Shown: piece by piece, positions 19,522 to 28,957 of the stretch | Layout of the letters: every line of letters begins with the position of its first letter | Numbering within the stretch: position 1 is the first letter of the stretch | Source: an uncultured bacterium | Lineage (GTDB): Bacteria; B130-G9 | DNA: 50,689 nucleotides | Direction of reading: 5' to 3' | NCBI GenBank assembly: GCA_965372715.1 | Contig: CBDVDH010000024.1 | Span: 1-50,689, forward strand | Program-made: the position numbers and the translations under genes | Notes under the pieces: generated by a model | What the model saw: the letters and a program-made list of their open reading frames with translations, nothing else | Database searches by the model: none | Told to the model about the DNA's origin: nothing

Positions 19522-20744
19522 TAGTTTTTGCCTCCGGTCCGGACAATAGTAACCTCTTGACCGTCCGTGAGCGCCCAATTGCCCTCGACGATCACGAGCT
19601 CATCAGGTTTGACGCCGGAGATTATCTCCACGTTGCCGTTGTCCGAGGCGCCGACCTCGATCTCCCGCACCCTGGCAACGGCGCCCTCCACGACGTAGAG
19701 CAGCCGCTTGCCCTCGACCGTAACAAGCGCCTTGTCCGGCACGATAACGGCATTGGGCTTGCTGCCCGTGACGAGCGCAATGCGCGCGAACATCCCTGAG
19801 TTGAGGAAGTGGTCGGGGTCCGAGTTGTCGATTTCGATCTGGACGTTAAAGGACCTGCTCCCTGCATCCACACGGGGATTCACCCTTATTACTTTCCCTG
19901 AAAAAGCACTATCAGAGAACGCATCGACAGAGACCTTCACGTCCTGCCCCACGCGCACCTTCCCGGAATGCTCCTCCGGGACGCCGACATCGACCTTGAC
20001 TGAGCCAAGGTCCATCAACCAAACAAGCGGCGGACCGCCCGCGCCGACGAATTCGCCCTCGTTCGTCATCTTGCCGACCACGACACCATCGAACGGGGCG
20101 CGAATCGCGCTGTCCGAAAGCCGCTGCCTCGCCGACTCCAGCCGCGCCTGAGCCTGCGCAAGACCCGCCCGAGCAAGCTTGAGGTTTTCCTCTGCAACAC
20201 GCTTCGCAGTATCGACATCCTCAAACTGCTGCTCAGAAATGACCGCCTGCTTGCGAAGCTTCACGTAACGGTCGAAGTCGCGGGTGGCCTTCTCCTGGGA
20301 GACCTTTGCGACCGAAACCGACGCGTTGGCATTCTTGACCGCCGCCTCCGCCTCTTGTACTGCCAGGTCGAAATCGGTTTTCTCCAGCACAACCAGAGGA
20401 CCGCCCGCTTTGACACGGTCACCCTCGTCAACGTTCACCTTTTCCACGCGACCTGGGACCTTCGTCCCGATCTTGGCCTCCCGAACCGCCTTCACCGTGC
20501 CTGTAACGTCAATCGTCGTCTGAATCTCGCCTAGCCGCGCCGTCGCAACTTTCACCTCAACCCGCGCCGCGTTGTTGTGGTTGTTGTTCTGAGAGGTGGT
20601 GCTCTTCTCGCAACCCAGGCCAAGTATTAGGGCCAACGCGACGCCCAAGACTGGCAAACGTCGAATCATCCTCTTCACCGAGCTTCTCCTATTTGACGAG
20701 TCAATCCCTGATCCAAGTAACTGCTCTATGTTAGCCACGGCCAT
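19521..20744 (-). CDS. RND periplasmic adaptor (MFP), probable lipoprotein
   Basis: LGLGC lipobox-like, GRVEKVNVDEGDRVKAG, IRAPFDGVV, SGMFARI. Confidence 0.92.
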   Translation of the reverse strand: MAVANIEQLLGSGIDSSNRRSSVKRMIRRLPVLGVALALILGLGCEKSTTSQNNNHNNAARVEVKVATARLGEIQTTIDVTGTVKAVREAKIGTKVPGRVEKVNVDEGDRVKAGGPLVVLEKTDFDLAVQEAEAAVKNANASVSVAKVSQEKATRDFDRYVKLRKQAVISEQQFEDVDTAKRVAEENLKLARAGLAQAQARLESARQRLSDSAIRAPFDGVVVGKMTNEGEFVGAGGPPLVWLMDLGSVKVDVGVPEEHSGKVRVGQDVKVSVDAFSDSAFSGKVIRVNPRVDAGSRSFNVQIEIDNSDPDHFLNSGMFARIALVTGSKPNAVIVPDKALVTVEGKRLLYVVEGAVARVREIEVGASDNGNVEIISGVKPDELVIVEGNWALTDGQEVTIVRTGGKN

Positions 20745-20836
20745 CAGTTCTCTCCTCTGCTACCTGTGTGAGTGAACGTCTGGTCCTCAATCCGCTTGCC
20801 CATCGACCGTAGAAGCCGAACGACAGCAACATCCAT
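20744..20836 (-). pseudogene. 30-aa mini-ORF homologous to the TolC C-terminus
   Basis: MDVAVVRLLRSMGKRIEDQTFTHTGSRGEN vs TolC tail DVAVARLLRSMGTRIEDQ; TGATG overlaps at both ends. Confidence 0.75.
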
Positions 20837-23800
20837 CACTCCGTGCTACTTGGGCTCGCCTTTGAGGCGATGTACGAGTAGAGAATGGGTATCAGGATAA
20901 GCGTCACGAGCGTTGAGACGATCAGGCCAGCGATGACCGTAACGGCGAATGGCTGCCACATCTCAGCGCCCTCGCCTCGTGAGATGGCCAGCGGTAGCAC
21001 CCCGAATATGGTGATCAGCGTGGTCATCAAGACAGGTCTCAGGCGGCGTGAACCCGCCTGTTTGACGGAATCCAGCATAGATAGACCTTTCGCGCGAAGG
21101 ATGTTGGCATAATCAATCAATACGATGCCGTTGTTGACGACCACGCCAACCAGCAGGATCATTCCCATGAATGACATGATGTTCAGAGTGATCCCCGTTA
21201 GCAGGAAGGCCCAGACGACCCCGACAAAGGCGAAAGGCACGGAAAACGCGATGACGAAAGGCGTCCGGAGCGACTCGAACTGAGACACCATGACCATATA
21301 GACAAGAATTATGCCAACGAAAAAGAGAGCGCCGAGGGCTGCAAAAGTCTTTCGCTGTTCTTCGACCTCGCCGCCAAAATCCACCGTAACGCCTGGCGGT
21401 ATCTCGAGGTCGTTGAGTTCTCTCTCGACATCGGCCTTCACCTCGCCAAGCGATCGTCCCTCAACGTCAGCCCCCACCTTCACGATGCGCTCGCGGTTCT
21501 TGCGGTCTATCTGAACTGGGCCCAGCGCATTATCTATTCTGGCAATGTTACTGAGCGTGACCAGGCCGATATCCTCGTCCGTGGAGGGAACTGTTATGTC
21601 CCCGATGCCGTCAAGTGTTGCCCGATTCTCTTCGTTGAGGCGCACGAAAATGTTGAAGTCATCTCCCGCATCTCTGAATTTGGTCGCCTCAAACCCGTAG
21701 TAGTGAGTGCGGAGGGCTGTTGCGACGGCCGCGGCAGTAACGCCAAGGCTCGCAGCCTTTGGCCGGTCGAGCGTTATCCAGACCTCCGAGCGCGGGTTCT
21801 TGCGGCTTACTCTAGTATCGATAGCGCCGGGGGTCTTCTCAAATATCTTCCGGACCTTTTCTGCGAGCTGGTCGGTTATCTCAAGGTCGTGGCCGATGAT
21901 CTCCACCTCAATCTGCTTGCCACCGCCGAGCAGCATCTGCTTCATGGGAGTCGTGGCCATGACCGTCATCCTCTCAATGCCGGGGATCTCAGTGATCTGC
22001 TGACGGAGGACAGTGGCGACTTCCTTGGCTGATCGGGTGCGTCTATCTTTGGCCACAAGCTTCGCCCCGGAGTGAACTACATTTGGGCCCTCCTCCGTGC
22101 CCAGGACACTTCCAACACCTTCCTCCGTTTCGCCAACGAATGTGTAGTAATCCCTTTTTTCTGGAACGAACTTTGGGTAGAAGCCGGCGAGCTTCATTGC
22201 GACGCTTTCGGTCTCCTCAAGCCTGGCGCTTTCATCAAGCGCCACGCAAACATCCAGGTCGCCTGTGTCCACATCTGGGAAGAGGTCCGTCCCAACCAGA
22301 GGAACTAGTGCTACGGTTGCCATGAAAACACCGAGCAGGCTGAGCAATATCTTCTTTCTGTGCTGCAAAGCGCCGCCAAGAGCTCTTTCGTAAAACGACT
22401 CGGCAGTCGTGAGCAGGCGCTCGCCAAACCTGTAGAACCGGCCGTTCTTGTGTCTCGCCGCGGGCTTAATCCATCTAGAAGCCAGCATCGGTGTCAGCGT
22501 CAGTGCAGTAAAGAGAGAGCCGATCAAAGTTACCGCTACGATCATCCCCAGCTGCCCAAAAATGATGCTGGCAAGACCGGTCACGAAGATTAGCGGCCCG
22601 AATACCACCACGGTAGTCAACGTGGAGGCAGTTATCGCAGTCCCGACCTCCGAGGCGCCAAGGACGGCGCCTTGTCGAGGCTTCTGTCCGTCTTGTTCGA
22701 TATGCCGCCATATCACCTCCATCACGAAAATTGGGTTGCTGACGACCATCCCGATAGCGATTGCAAGGCTCATCAGTGAAACGATGTTTATGGTGTAGCC
22801 CATGACGAACATAAAGGTAAGCGCTCCAATTATCGAGAAGGGGATATTCAGAAGAACGATGATGGTTGGCACCCATCTGCGAAGGAAAAGGAAAGTGAAT
22901 ACGCCGACTAGAAGACCAGTCAAGACCAGAGTCCGGGCAAGGTTCTTGACTGAGTTGACTATGAACTCAGAGTTGTCCATTGGAATTGTAATGCTAACAT
23001 CGGCCGGAAGACGGTCTTGAAGTTCCGCAAGCTTGGCTCTTATTCCTTCGGCGACCGCGACTGTGTTGGCGCCGGACTGCTTCTGGATCAGAAAGACGAT
23101 GGCATCCTTGCCGTTCGCCCAGCCCTTCATCTTCTGTTCTTTGAATGCGTCCTCGACGCGGGCCACGTCTCTAAGATAGATTGGGCGGCCCTCTTGCCGG
23201 CTTACGACAACCTGCGCTACTTGCTGCGCCGAGTCGAACCTCCCTTGCAGGCGGATAGCGTAGTTGGTCCTTCCCATCTTGACACTTCCCGCTGGCATAT
23301 CGAGGTTCTCGGCAGCAAGCGTCCGAACAATCGTGTCAACAGACAGACCAAACGCAACGAGGCGCTGCTTATCGAACTCCACATTTATCTGTCTCCTAAG
23401 CCCGCCGAAGGGGACGATTGCTCCTACGCCCTCGACGCGCTTGAGGGGGTCGATAATCTGCTTGTCAACGATGCGGAAGAGGTTCTTCCAACTCTCGGTC
23501 GCGTTGACAGCAACAATCATGATCGGCGCTGTGGCGCTTGAGAATTTAAAGAGCATAGGCTCTCTTGCATCCGGCGCGTGCTTGCCTATGTCCGACTTCG
23601 CCAGGTCTATCTTGTCGCGGACGTCGTTAGAGGCCACGTCGAGGTCGGTTCCCCAGTCGAACTTGCAGGTGACCACGGAAAGATTGTCCTTGGAAAGCGA
23701 AATCAGGCTGTCGAGGTTGTTGACAGCGCTGAGCATGTTCTCAAGATAGACCGTCACGTCGCTTTCGACGTCAGAGGCGCTTGCACCCGGATAGGGAACC

Positions 23801-23943
23801 AAGACACTTATCGCTGGGGGCTCGATCTCCGGGAGCATGTCGATGCCGAGCTTGGACAAGGAAATCGCACCGAAAAGCGATATCCCCAGGAATATCATCA
23901 TGACTGTGTTGGGGCGTCGGACGGCAAACTGTGGCAGCCTCAT
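20836..23943 (-). CDS. RND efflux permease (AcrB/SwrC-like), first copy, atypical TM4
   Basis: YPGASASDVE, RLRPVLMTT; TM4 reads GMVVSNPIFVMEV. Confidence 0.95.
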   Translation of the reverse strand: MRLPQFAVRRPNTVMMIFLGISLFGAISLSKLGIDMLPEIEPPAISVLVPYPGASASDVESDVTVYLENMLSAVNNLDSLISLSKDNLSVVTCKFDWGTDLDVASNDVRDKIDLAKSDIGKHAPDAREPMLFKFSSATAPIMIVAVNATESWKNLFRIVDKQIIDPLKRVEGVGAIVPFGGLRRQINVEFDKQRLVAFGLSVDTIVRTLAAENLDMPAGSVKMGRTNYAIRLQGRFDSAQQVAQVVVSRQEGRPIYLRDVARVEDAFKEQKMKGWANGKDAIVFLIQKQSGANTVAVAEGIRAKLAELQDRLPADVSITIPMDNSEFIVNSVKNLARTLVLTGLLVGVFTFLFLRRWVPTIIVLLNIPFSIIGALTFMFVMGYTINIVSLMSLAIAIGMVVSNPIFVMEVIWRHIEQDGQKPRQGAVLGASEVGTAITASTLTTVVVFGPLIFVTGLASIIFGQLGMIVAVTLIGSLFTALTLTPMLASRWIKPAARHKNGRFYRFGERLLTTAESFYERALGGALQHRKKILLSLLGVFMATVALVPLVGTDLFPDVDTGDLDVCVALDESARLEETESVAMKLAGFYPKFVPEKRDYYTFVGETEEGVGSVLGTEEGPNVVHSGAKLVAKDRRTRSAKEVATVLRQQITEIPGIERMTVMATTPMKQMLLGGGKQIEVEIIGHDLEITDQLAEKVRKIFEKTPGAIDTRVSRKNPRSEVWITLDRPKAASLGVTAAAVATALRTHYYGFEATKFRDAGDDFNIFVRLNEENRATLDGIGDITVPSTDEDIGLVTLSNIARIDNALGPVQIDRKNRERIVKVGADVEGRSLGEVKADVERELNDLEIPPGVTVDFGGEVEEQRKTFAALGALFFVGIILVYMVMVSQFESLRTPFVIAFSVPFAFVGVVWAFLLTGITLNIMSFMGMILLVGVVVNNGIVLIDYANILRAKGLSMLDSVKQAGSRRLRPVLMTTLITIFGVLPLAISRGEGAEMWQPFAVTVIAGLIVSTLVTLILIPILYSYIASKASPSSTE

Positions 23944-25091
23944 CGGGCGGGCACCTCCTGTCCCTTCTCATTTCGGACCACAACCGGGGTTCCGGTCTTC
24001 AAGAGTCCCTGCCCTACGACAACAACCTGGTCCCCCTCCTTGAGGCCGGTCTTGATCTCGATCAGGTTGCCTTTCCGCATCCCAGTTTTTATGTCCATGA
24101 CCTTCTTGGCAACGCCGCCCTCAACGATGAATGCGTAATAGACGCCGGTCCCGGGCCGCCGCAGCAAGCAGTCGATGGGCAAGGCGAGCTCGTCAAGCGT
24201 CCTGACGTGAAGAGTTATTCTGGCAAACATCCCCGGCTTGAGGAGCTCGTTGGCGTCCCTCATATAGACCTCGAAGCCCATTGTTCGCGTCTTCTCGTCC
24301 AGAGAGGGATCAACGATCTCAACCTTGCCGAGGAACTTCTCTTGCGGGTAGGCATCAACGGCGACCTCCGCCTCCATTCCCTTGCGAACCTTGATGACAT
24401 CGGCCTCCGGAACCTGGGACTCTATCTTCAGAACCCGTGTGTCAGCGATGGTAACTATCGGGAGCTGAGGGTTATCCATCGCTCCCTCATCAATGAAACG
24501 TTCTGAAACAACACCCGAGATAGGCGCCCGAATCGTGTAGTCCGAGAGGCGCACGTCCATCTGCTCCAACCCCTTCTTTGCCGCGGCGAGGTTGGCTTTC
24601 GCCAGGTCCTTTCCTGCTGCCGCTATCCTGTATTGGGCCATTATGTTGTCAAAGCGCTGGTCCGCGATTGATTTGTCCTTCGACAGCTTTTCGGCACGCT
24701 GCTTCTCCAGGCGTGCGTTCTCCAGCTGCGCCTCGGCCTGAACCAATTGCGCTTCTGCTACGCCAACGGCTGCCGCCAGCTGGGCCCTCTTGGCTGTCTC
24801 GGCTTTGTGCTCAACGACGGCAATCGCATCATCCTTCTCAATTCGCATTCCGACTTCGACAAACAGCTTCTCGATGACGCCGCTGACCTTGGAATAGACC
24901 GTAACCTCCGCAAACGCGCAAACGTCCCCGGTTAGCTCCAGCGTTTCCTCCAGAACGTGCTTCTTGACTTCAACTGTCGTGACCGGCACCGCGCTCTGCT
25001 GGGCTGCTATTGATGAGTTTGCCAGCAAGAGCAGAGCCGCCACTGTCCCGGCCATCACTTTCACTACACAAGCTAATCGAGCTTTTGCCAT
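23940..25091 (-). CDS. RND periplasmic adaptor (MFP)
   Basis: Start ATG 25091 after GGAGGA; SKVSGVIEKLFVEVG, IRAPISGVV, LKPGMFARI. Confidence 0.92.
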   Translation of the reverse strand: MAKARLACVVKVMAGTVAALLLLANSSIAAQQSAVPVTTVEVKKHVLEETLELTGDVCAFAEVTVYSKVSGVIEKLFVEVGMRIEKDDAIAVVEHKAETAKRAQLAAAVGVAEAQLVQAEAQLENARLEKQRAEKLSKDKSIADQRFDNIMAQYRIAAAGKDLAKANLAAAKKGLEQMDVRLSDYTIRAPISGVVSERFIDEGAMDNPQLPIVTIADTRVLKIESQVPEADVIKVRKGMEAEVAVDAYPQEKFLGKVEIVDPSLDEKTRTMGFEVYMRDANELLKPGMFARITLHVRTLDELALPIDCLLRRPGTGVYYAFIVEGGVAKKVMDIKTGMRKGNLIEIKTGLKEGDQVVVVGQGLLKTGTPVVVRNEKGQEVPAR

Positions 25092-25122
25092 AATTCCTCC
25101 GCCGCATAGCTCACTGTTGAAC

Positions 25123-26493
25123 CTACTGATCACTGTCCTGTCCTCCTTGAATGCTGGCGCCTGACATCTGGTCTTCAATCCGCGTACCCATCGAACGCAA
25201 CAGCCGAGCGACAGCAACATCGTAATCGTAAAGTGCGAAGTAGTAGTTCATCCGCGCGTTGGCCAGGAGCACCTCTGCGTCCAAGACCTCCGTTATGGTT
25301 ACGATGCTCTGCGCATAGCGCTCGTCGCTCATCCTGACGTTCTCCTCGGCATGCTCAATCGCGCGCTTGGTAACCGATATGAGCTTCTGCGCCTCATCAA
25401 CGGAGAGGTATGATTGCTTGACTTCGAGCAGGACGCCGTCCTCCAGGACGCTCGCCTGATAACGCGCCTCGTCCGTCCTCGCCCGGGCGTAGTCGAGGTC
25501 GAACTTCTGCTTGCCCCACTGCCATAGGTCCCAGCTTGCGACGAGCGAGACGCTCCAGTCCTCGTCGCGGTCCCAGCTCAGAGGCTTCTTAGCCAAGTTC
25601 TTCTCATAGACGCCGCTGATCTGCGGGAAGAACGTGCTGCGAGCAGCCTTCTCCGAGAACGTGGCGACATCGATCGACTTCCGCATAGCCATAAGCTCGG
25701 GCCGCTCACTCAAGGCAACCTCCATGCAGTCCGAAAGCGACATCTCAAACGGCATCGGCAAGTGAGTCTCCGCGAGCTCAACAGGCCCTGAGATATCCCT
25801 GCCGAGCGCGTTGTTGAATGCTGATTTCGTGGTCTCAACGGCGTTTTCGGCCTTGATCACTCCCTGCTGGGCCTCGGCGAGCCGAACCTCCGCCTGCAAC
25901 AGGTCAACCTTGGCCACGACCCCAGCATCGTAGAAGTCCTTCGCAGTTTTGCGATGTGCCGCCATAGACCCCTCCGCCAGACTTGCCACGCCGAGGAGCC
26001 GTTGCGCCTGGAGCACGGAATAATACGCCTGCGCCACGCCGAGAGCGACGTCCTGCTTCGTGCTCTCGAGCTGCTCTTCGGCGATGCCGACGCCGCCTCC
26101 GGCTTGCTTACGCGTGTAGTAGATGGCGCCGCCCACGAACAACGGCTGAACGACCCGAAGCCCCACCGAATACTGATACTTCCGCATCACCGGCGAAGTC
26201 ATCGTCTGTGGCCCCGTTCCAAGGTCGAATGACATCGTCTGATAGCGATCATGGTCGAGCCGAGTGTAGTTGCCACTCAACGAGCCGGTCGGCAGGAACG
26301 CAGTCGTCGCGGACTTCAACTGCGATTCAGCAGCCAGAAGCGAGGCCTTCGCCTGGTTGATCGCGGCATGATTGGCGAGAGCCTCCTCGATGCTGCTTTT
26401 GAGCGTGAGCGGCTCCTGAGCGTGAGCTAGACAAGAAAAAGCAACGCAGAAAACCAGAGAAACTGCAAACACACGCCCCGTATTACTTCTCAT
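25123..26493 (-). CDS. TolC-family outer membrane efflux protein
   Basis: Signal peptide; two OEP repeats (VAQAYYSVL, YDAGVVAKVDLLQAE; EVKQSY, EVLDAE). Confidence 0.92.
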   Translation of the reverse strand: MRSNTGRVFAVSLVFCVAFSCLAHAQEPLTLKSSIEEALANHAAINQAKASLLAAESQLKSATTAFLPTGSLSGNYTRLDHDRYQTMSFDLGTGPQTMTSPVMRKYQYSVGLRVVQPLFVGGAIYYTRKQAGGGVGIAEEQLESTKQDVALGVAQAYYSVLQAQRLLGVASLAEGSMAAHRKTAKDFYDAGVVAKVDLLQAEVRLAEAQQGVIKAENAVETTKSAFNNALGRDISGPVELAETHLPMPFEMSLSDCMEVALSERPELMAMRKSIDVATFSEKAARSTFFPQISGVYEKNLAKKPLSWDRDEDWSVSLVASWDLWQWGKQKFDLDYARARTDEARYQASVLEDGVLLEVKQSYLSVDEAQKLISVTKRAIEHAEENVRMSDERYAQSIVTITEVLDAEVLLANARMNYYFALYDYDVAVARLLRSMGTRIEDQMSGASIQGGQDSDQ

Positions 26494-27127
26494 CTCCTCG
26501 CCTCCCAAATCCTTCTAGAAACCGCTCCACAACAATCGGCGCGAACGAAACCAAATCCGTCTTCTCGCCGGACCTCAACCATAAGAAAAGATACGAAAAA
26601 CACATCAGGCGAAAAACAATTGCCTGTTCCGTGGCGTCAATGTTACGGACAATCCCAGACGCCTTTGCATCCTCAATAACAGGAACAATCAACGCAAGCG
26701 GCAGTATCCCGCTTTCCTGAATACGCTTGCTCAATCTCTCCTTCACAGCCCAGGCGAAGCCGCCCATCTCCTGCCAGAACTTCAGAACCGCCTCTTTTTT
26801 CTTCAGAACATATCCGAAATAGGCGCTGGCAAATGCCTCAAGCTTCTCTCTGGGGCCTGCAGCCTGAGACATAGCGGCCCGCGCGAGCCCATTGAGCTCC
26901 GCCAACTCCGCCTCTATTACGGCGAAATACATGTCCTCCTTATTCTCAAAGAAGTTATACAAAGTGCCGACTGAGAACTCGGACGCCTCGGCTATTTCCT
27001 GAAGCGACGTCGCCTCGTAACCTTTGGAGATGAACAGCCCCGCCGCGGCCTCGATTATCTCCGATCTTCGCCACGCGGCTTCCCTCTCCTTTCGGGATAG
27101 TTTGTGCGTTTCAGGTGATTCAGTCAC
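26483..27127 (-). CDS. TetR/AcrR-family regulator
   Basis: IIEAAAGLFISKGYEATSLQEIAEASEFSVGTLYNFFENKEDM; start uncertain (GTG 27127 preferred). Confidence 0.92.
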   Translation of the reverse strand: MTESPETHKLSRKEREAAWRRSEIIEAAAGLFISKGYEATSLQEIAEASEFSVGTLYNFFENKEDMYFAVIEAELAELNGLARAAMSQAAGPREKLEAFASAYFGYVLKKKEAVLKFWQEMGGFAWAVKERLSKRIQESGILPLALIVPVIEDAKASGIVRNIDATEQAIVFRLMCFSYLFLWLRSGEKTDLVSFAPIVVERFLEGFGRRGDEK

Positions 27128-27242
27128 CTCGAATACCTCGCCTGTTGTTATGTTATCTGGACGAATTGCAGCAAGACGCCAAGAAATGCGTATTGACATT
27201 CACATCATGCATCGCAATGTGACATATCAGATTTATATTCAT

Positions 27243-27271
27243 GCTATAGAACTATATTCAGCATCTGTCAA
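27243..27271 (-). promoter_or_regulatory. Putative promoter of the tetR-efflux operon in an AT-rich region with inverted repeats
   Basis: Minus strand TTGACA-N17-TATAGC; ATGCT...AGCAT and TCACAT...ATGTGA inverted repeats nearby. Confidence 0.4.
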
Positions 27272-27460
27272 TGGGTTCAACACGCGCGACACACTGAAGT
27301 TCCGGCGAATTGCCTAAGACGCGGAATGCACCGCCTATGCGGAGCTTCTGACGTTCGAGCGACTCGCCCTTGCGGTAACTACTGCCGTCACGCATCGCCG
27401 CTTGAGCGGAGGCTATCAACGGTGATAAGATTGGGCTGGAGGATATGAGGAGATCGTGGT

Positions 27461-28957
27461 TTGAGGGTTGCACTTATTTCGCCCTATTCGGATATTTTCT
27501 CGCCGGGGGTCCGGAGCATCTCGGCGTATCTGCGCGCCGGCGGCGTTGATACGAAGCTGATCTGCTTCCCGAATCTCTACGCCCAACGTGTACTTCAGGA
27601 GTTCCTTGAGCCATACAGCCCCGAACTGCTCGAGGGCGTCGCGGAGCTCTGCCAGGACATCGATCTTGTCGCTATCTCGCTGATGACCAACCTCTTCGAC
27701 CGTGCCGTTCAGCTGACGTCTTATTTGAAAGAACAAATGCCAACCCCGATTGTGTGGGGCGGCATTCATCCGACGGTACGGCCCGAGGAGTGCGCTCAAC
27801 ACGCGGACGTTGTCGTCGTGGGCGAGGGCGAAGGCGCCATGCTCGAGCTAGCGCAACGTATCGCGAACGGAGAGCCGTACGACGACGTGCGGAACCTCTG
27901 CCTGAGAACGTCCGACGGGATGAGGAAGAACCCGGTCAGGCCTCTTATTGCTGACCTTGACAGCATCCCTCCGCCCGATTTCGACAATCCAGAGTATTAT
28001 GTGTTCGACCCGGATACCCACGAATTCGCGATCCCCGACCTGAAAATGCTAAGACAACTCCACGGCAAGGGCCCGTTGCACACGAGGGGAGAGCTCAACT
28101 ACCAGACAATCACGACGCGTGGCTGCCCTTTCAACTGCGCATACTGCGGCAACAGCGCGCTGATCAATCTTTACGGTCGAAAGGGCTACCTTCGCCGGCG
28201 GAGTGTCGAGAGCATCATCTCAGAGCTTCTGGCCGTCAAGAGGCGCTACGAGTTCACCAACAGAGTATGCTTTTTCGACGATTCCTTTCTTGCTGGAACT
28301 ACGAAGGAGATCGAGGAATTCGCTGAAGAGTATAAAGAGAAGATCGACTTGCCGCTTTTTTGCCTCTCCAGCCCGAGCAACGTAACGCCCGAGAAACTCG
28401 AACCGCTGGTCGATGCAGGGCTTTCGGCGCTTCAGGTTGGCATCCAGACCGGGAGCGCGCGCATCAACAGAATCTACAATCGCACCGTCAAGAACGCAGA
28501 GGTTGTCAGGATGGCGAAGCTGATCAACGGCTACGCAGGCCGGCTGCATCCGCTCTACGACGTCATCGTCGATAACCCCTACGAGACGGTCGCGGACCGC
28601 ATCGAGACGGTCAAGCTCCTGATGCAGCTCAAGAAGCCATTTACGATTCAGGTTTTTTCGCTGACTATGTTCCCCGGTACAGAGCTTTACGAACGAGCAA
28701 GCAAGGACGGGCTGATCGAGGACGAGGCGAAGGAGATCTATAACAAGTTCTATATGGAGCGCGAGGGCAGATACGCAACGCTTTTAATTGCGCTCGTCAA
28801 TCGAGGCGCCCCGACCGCTCTGATGCGGCTCCTGACTTCCAGATGGGTTGTGAAGCTCCTGTCTGGTTCGTGGTTGGGGCCGGTTTACAGGTTGCTTTAT
28901 GTCATTAACGGGAAACTGAATCTTGCCAAGGACAGAATCGCCCGTCGAGCTGGCTGA
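27461..28957 (+). CDS. B12-binding radical SAM protein 1
   Basis: VWGGIHPT, VGEGE, TRGCPFNCAYC, DDSF, GIQTGS. Confidence 0.92.
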   Translation: MRVALISPYSDIFSPGVRSISAYLRAGGVDTKLICFPNLYAQRVLQEFLEPYSPELLEGVAELCQDIDLVAISLMTNLFDRAVQLTSYLKEQMPTPIVWGGIHPTVRPEECAQHADVVVVGEGEGAMLELAQRIANGEPYDDVRNLCLRTSDGMRKNPVRPLIADLDSIPPPDFDNPEYYVFDPDTHEFAIPDLKMLRQLHGKGPLHTRGELNYQTITTRGCPFNCAYCGNSALINLYGRKGYLRRRSVESIISELLAVKRRYEFTNRVCFFDDSFLAGTTKEIEEFAEEYKEKIDLPLFCLSSPSNVTPEKLEPLVDAGLSALQVGIQTGSARINRIYNRTVKNAEVVRMAKLINGYAGRLHPLYDVIVDNPYETVADRIETVKLLMQLKKPFTIQVFSLTMFPGTELYERASKDGLIEDEAKEIYNKFYMEREGRYATLLIALVNRGAPTALMRLLTSRWVVKLLSGSWLGPVYRLLYVINGKLNLAKDRIARRAG

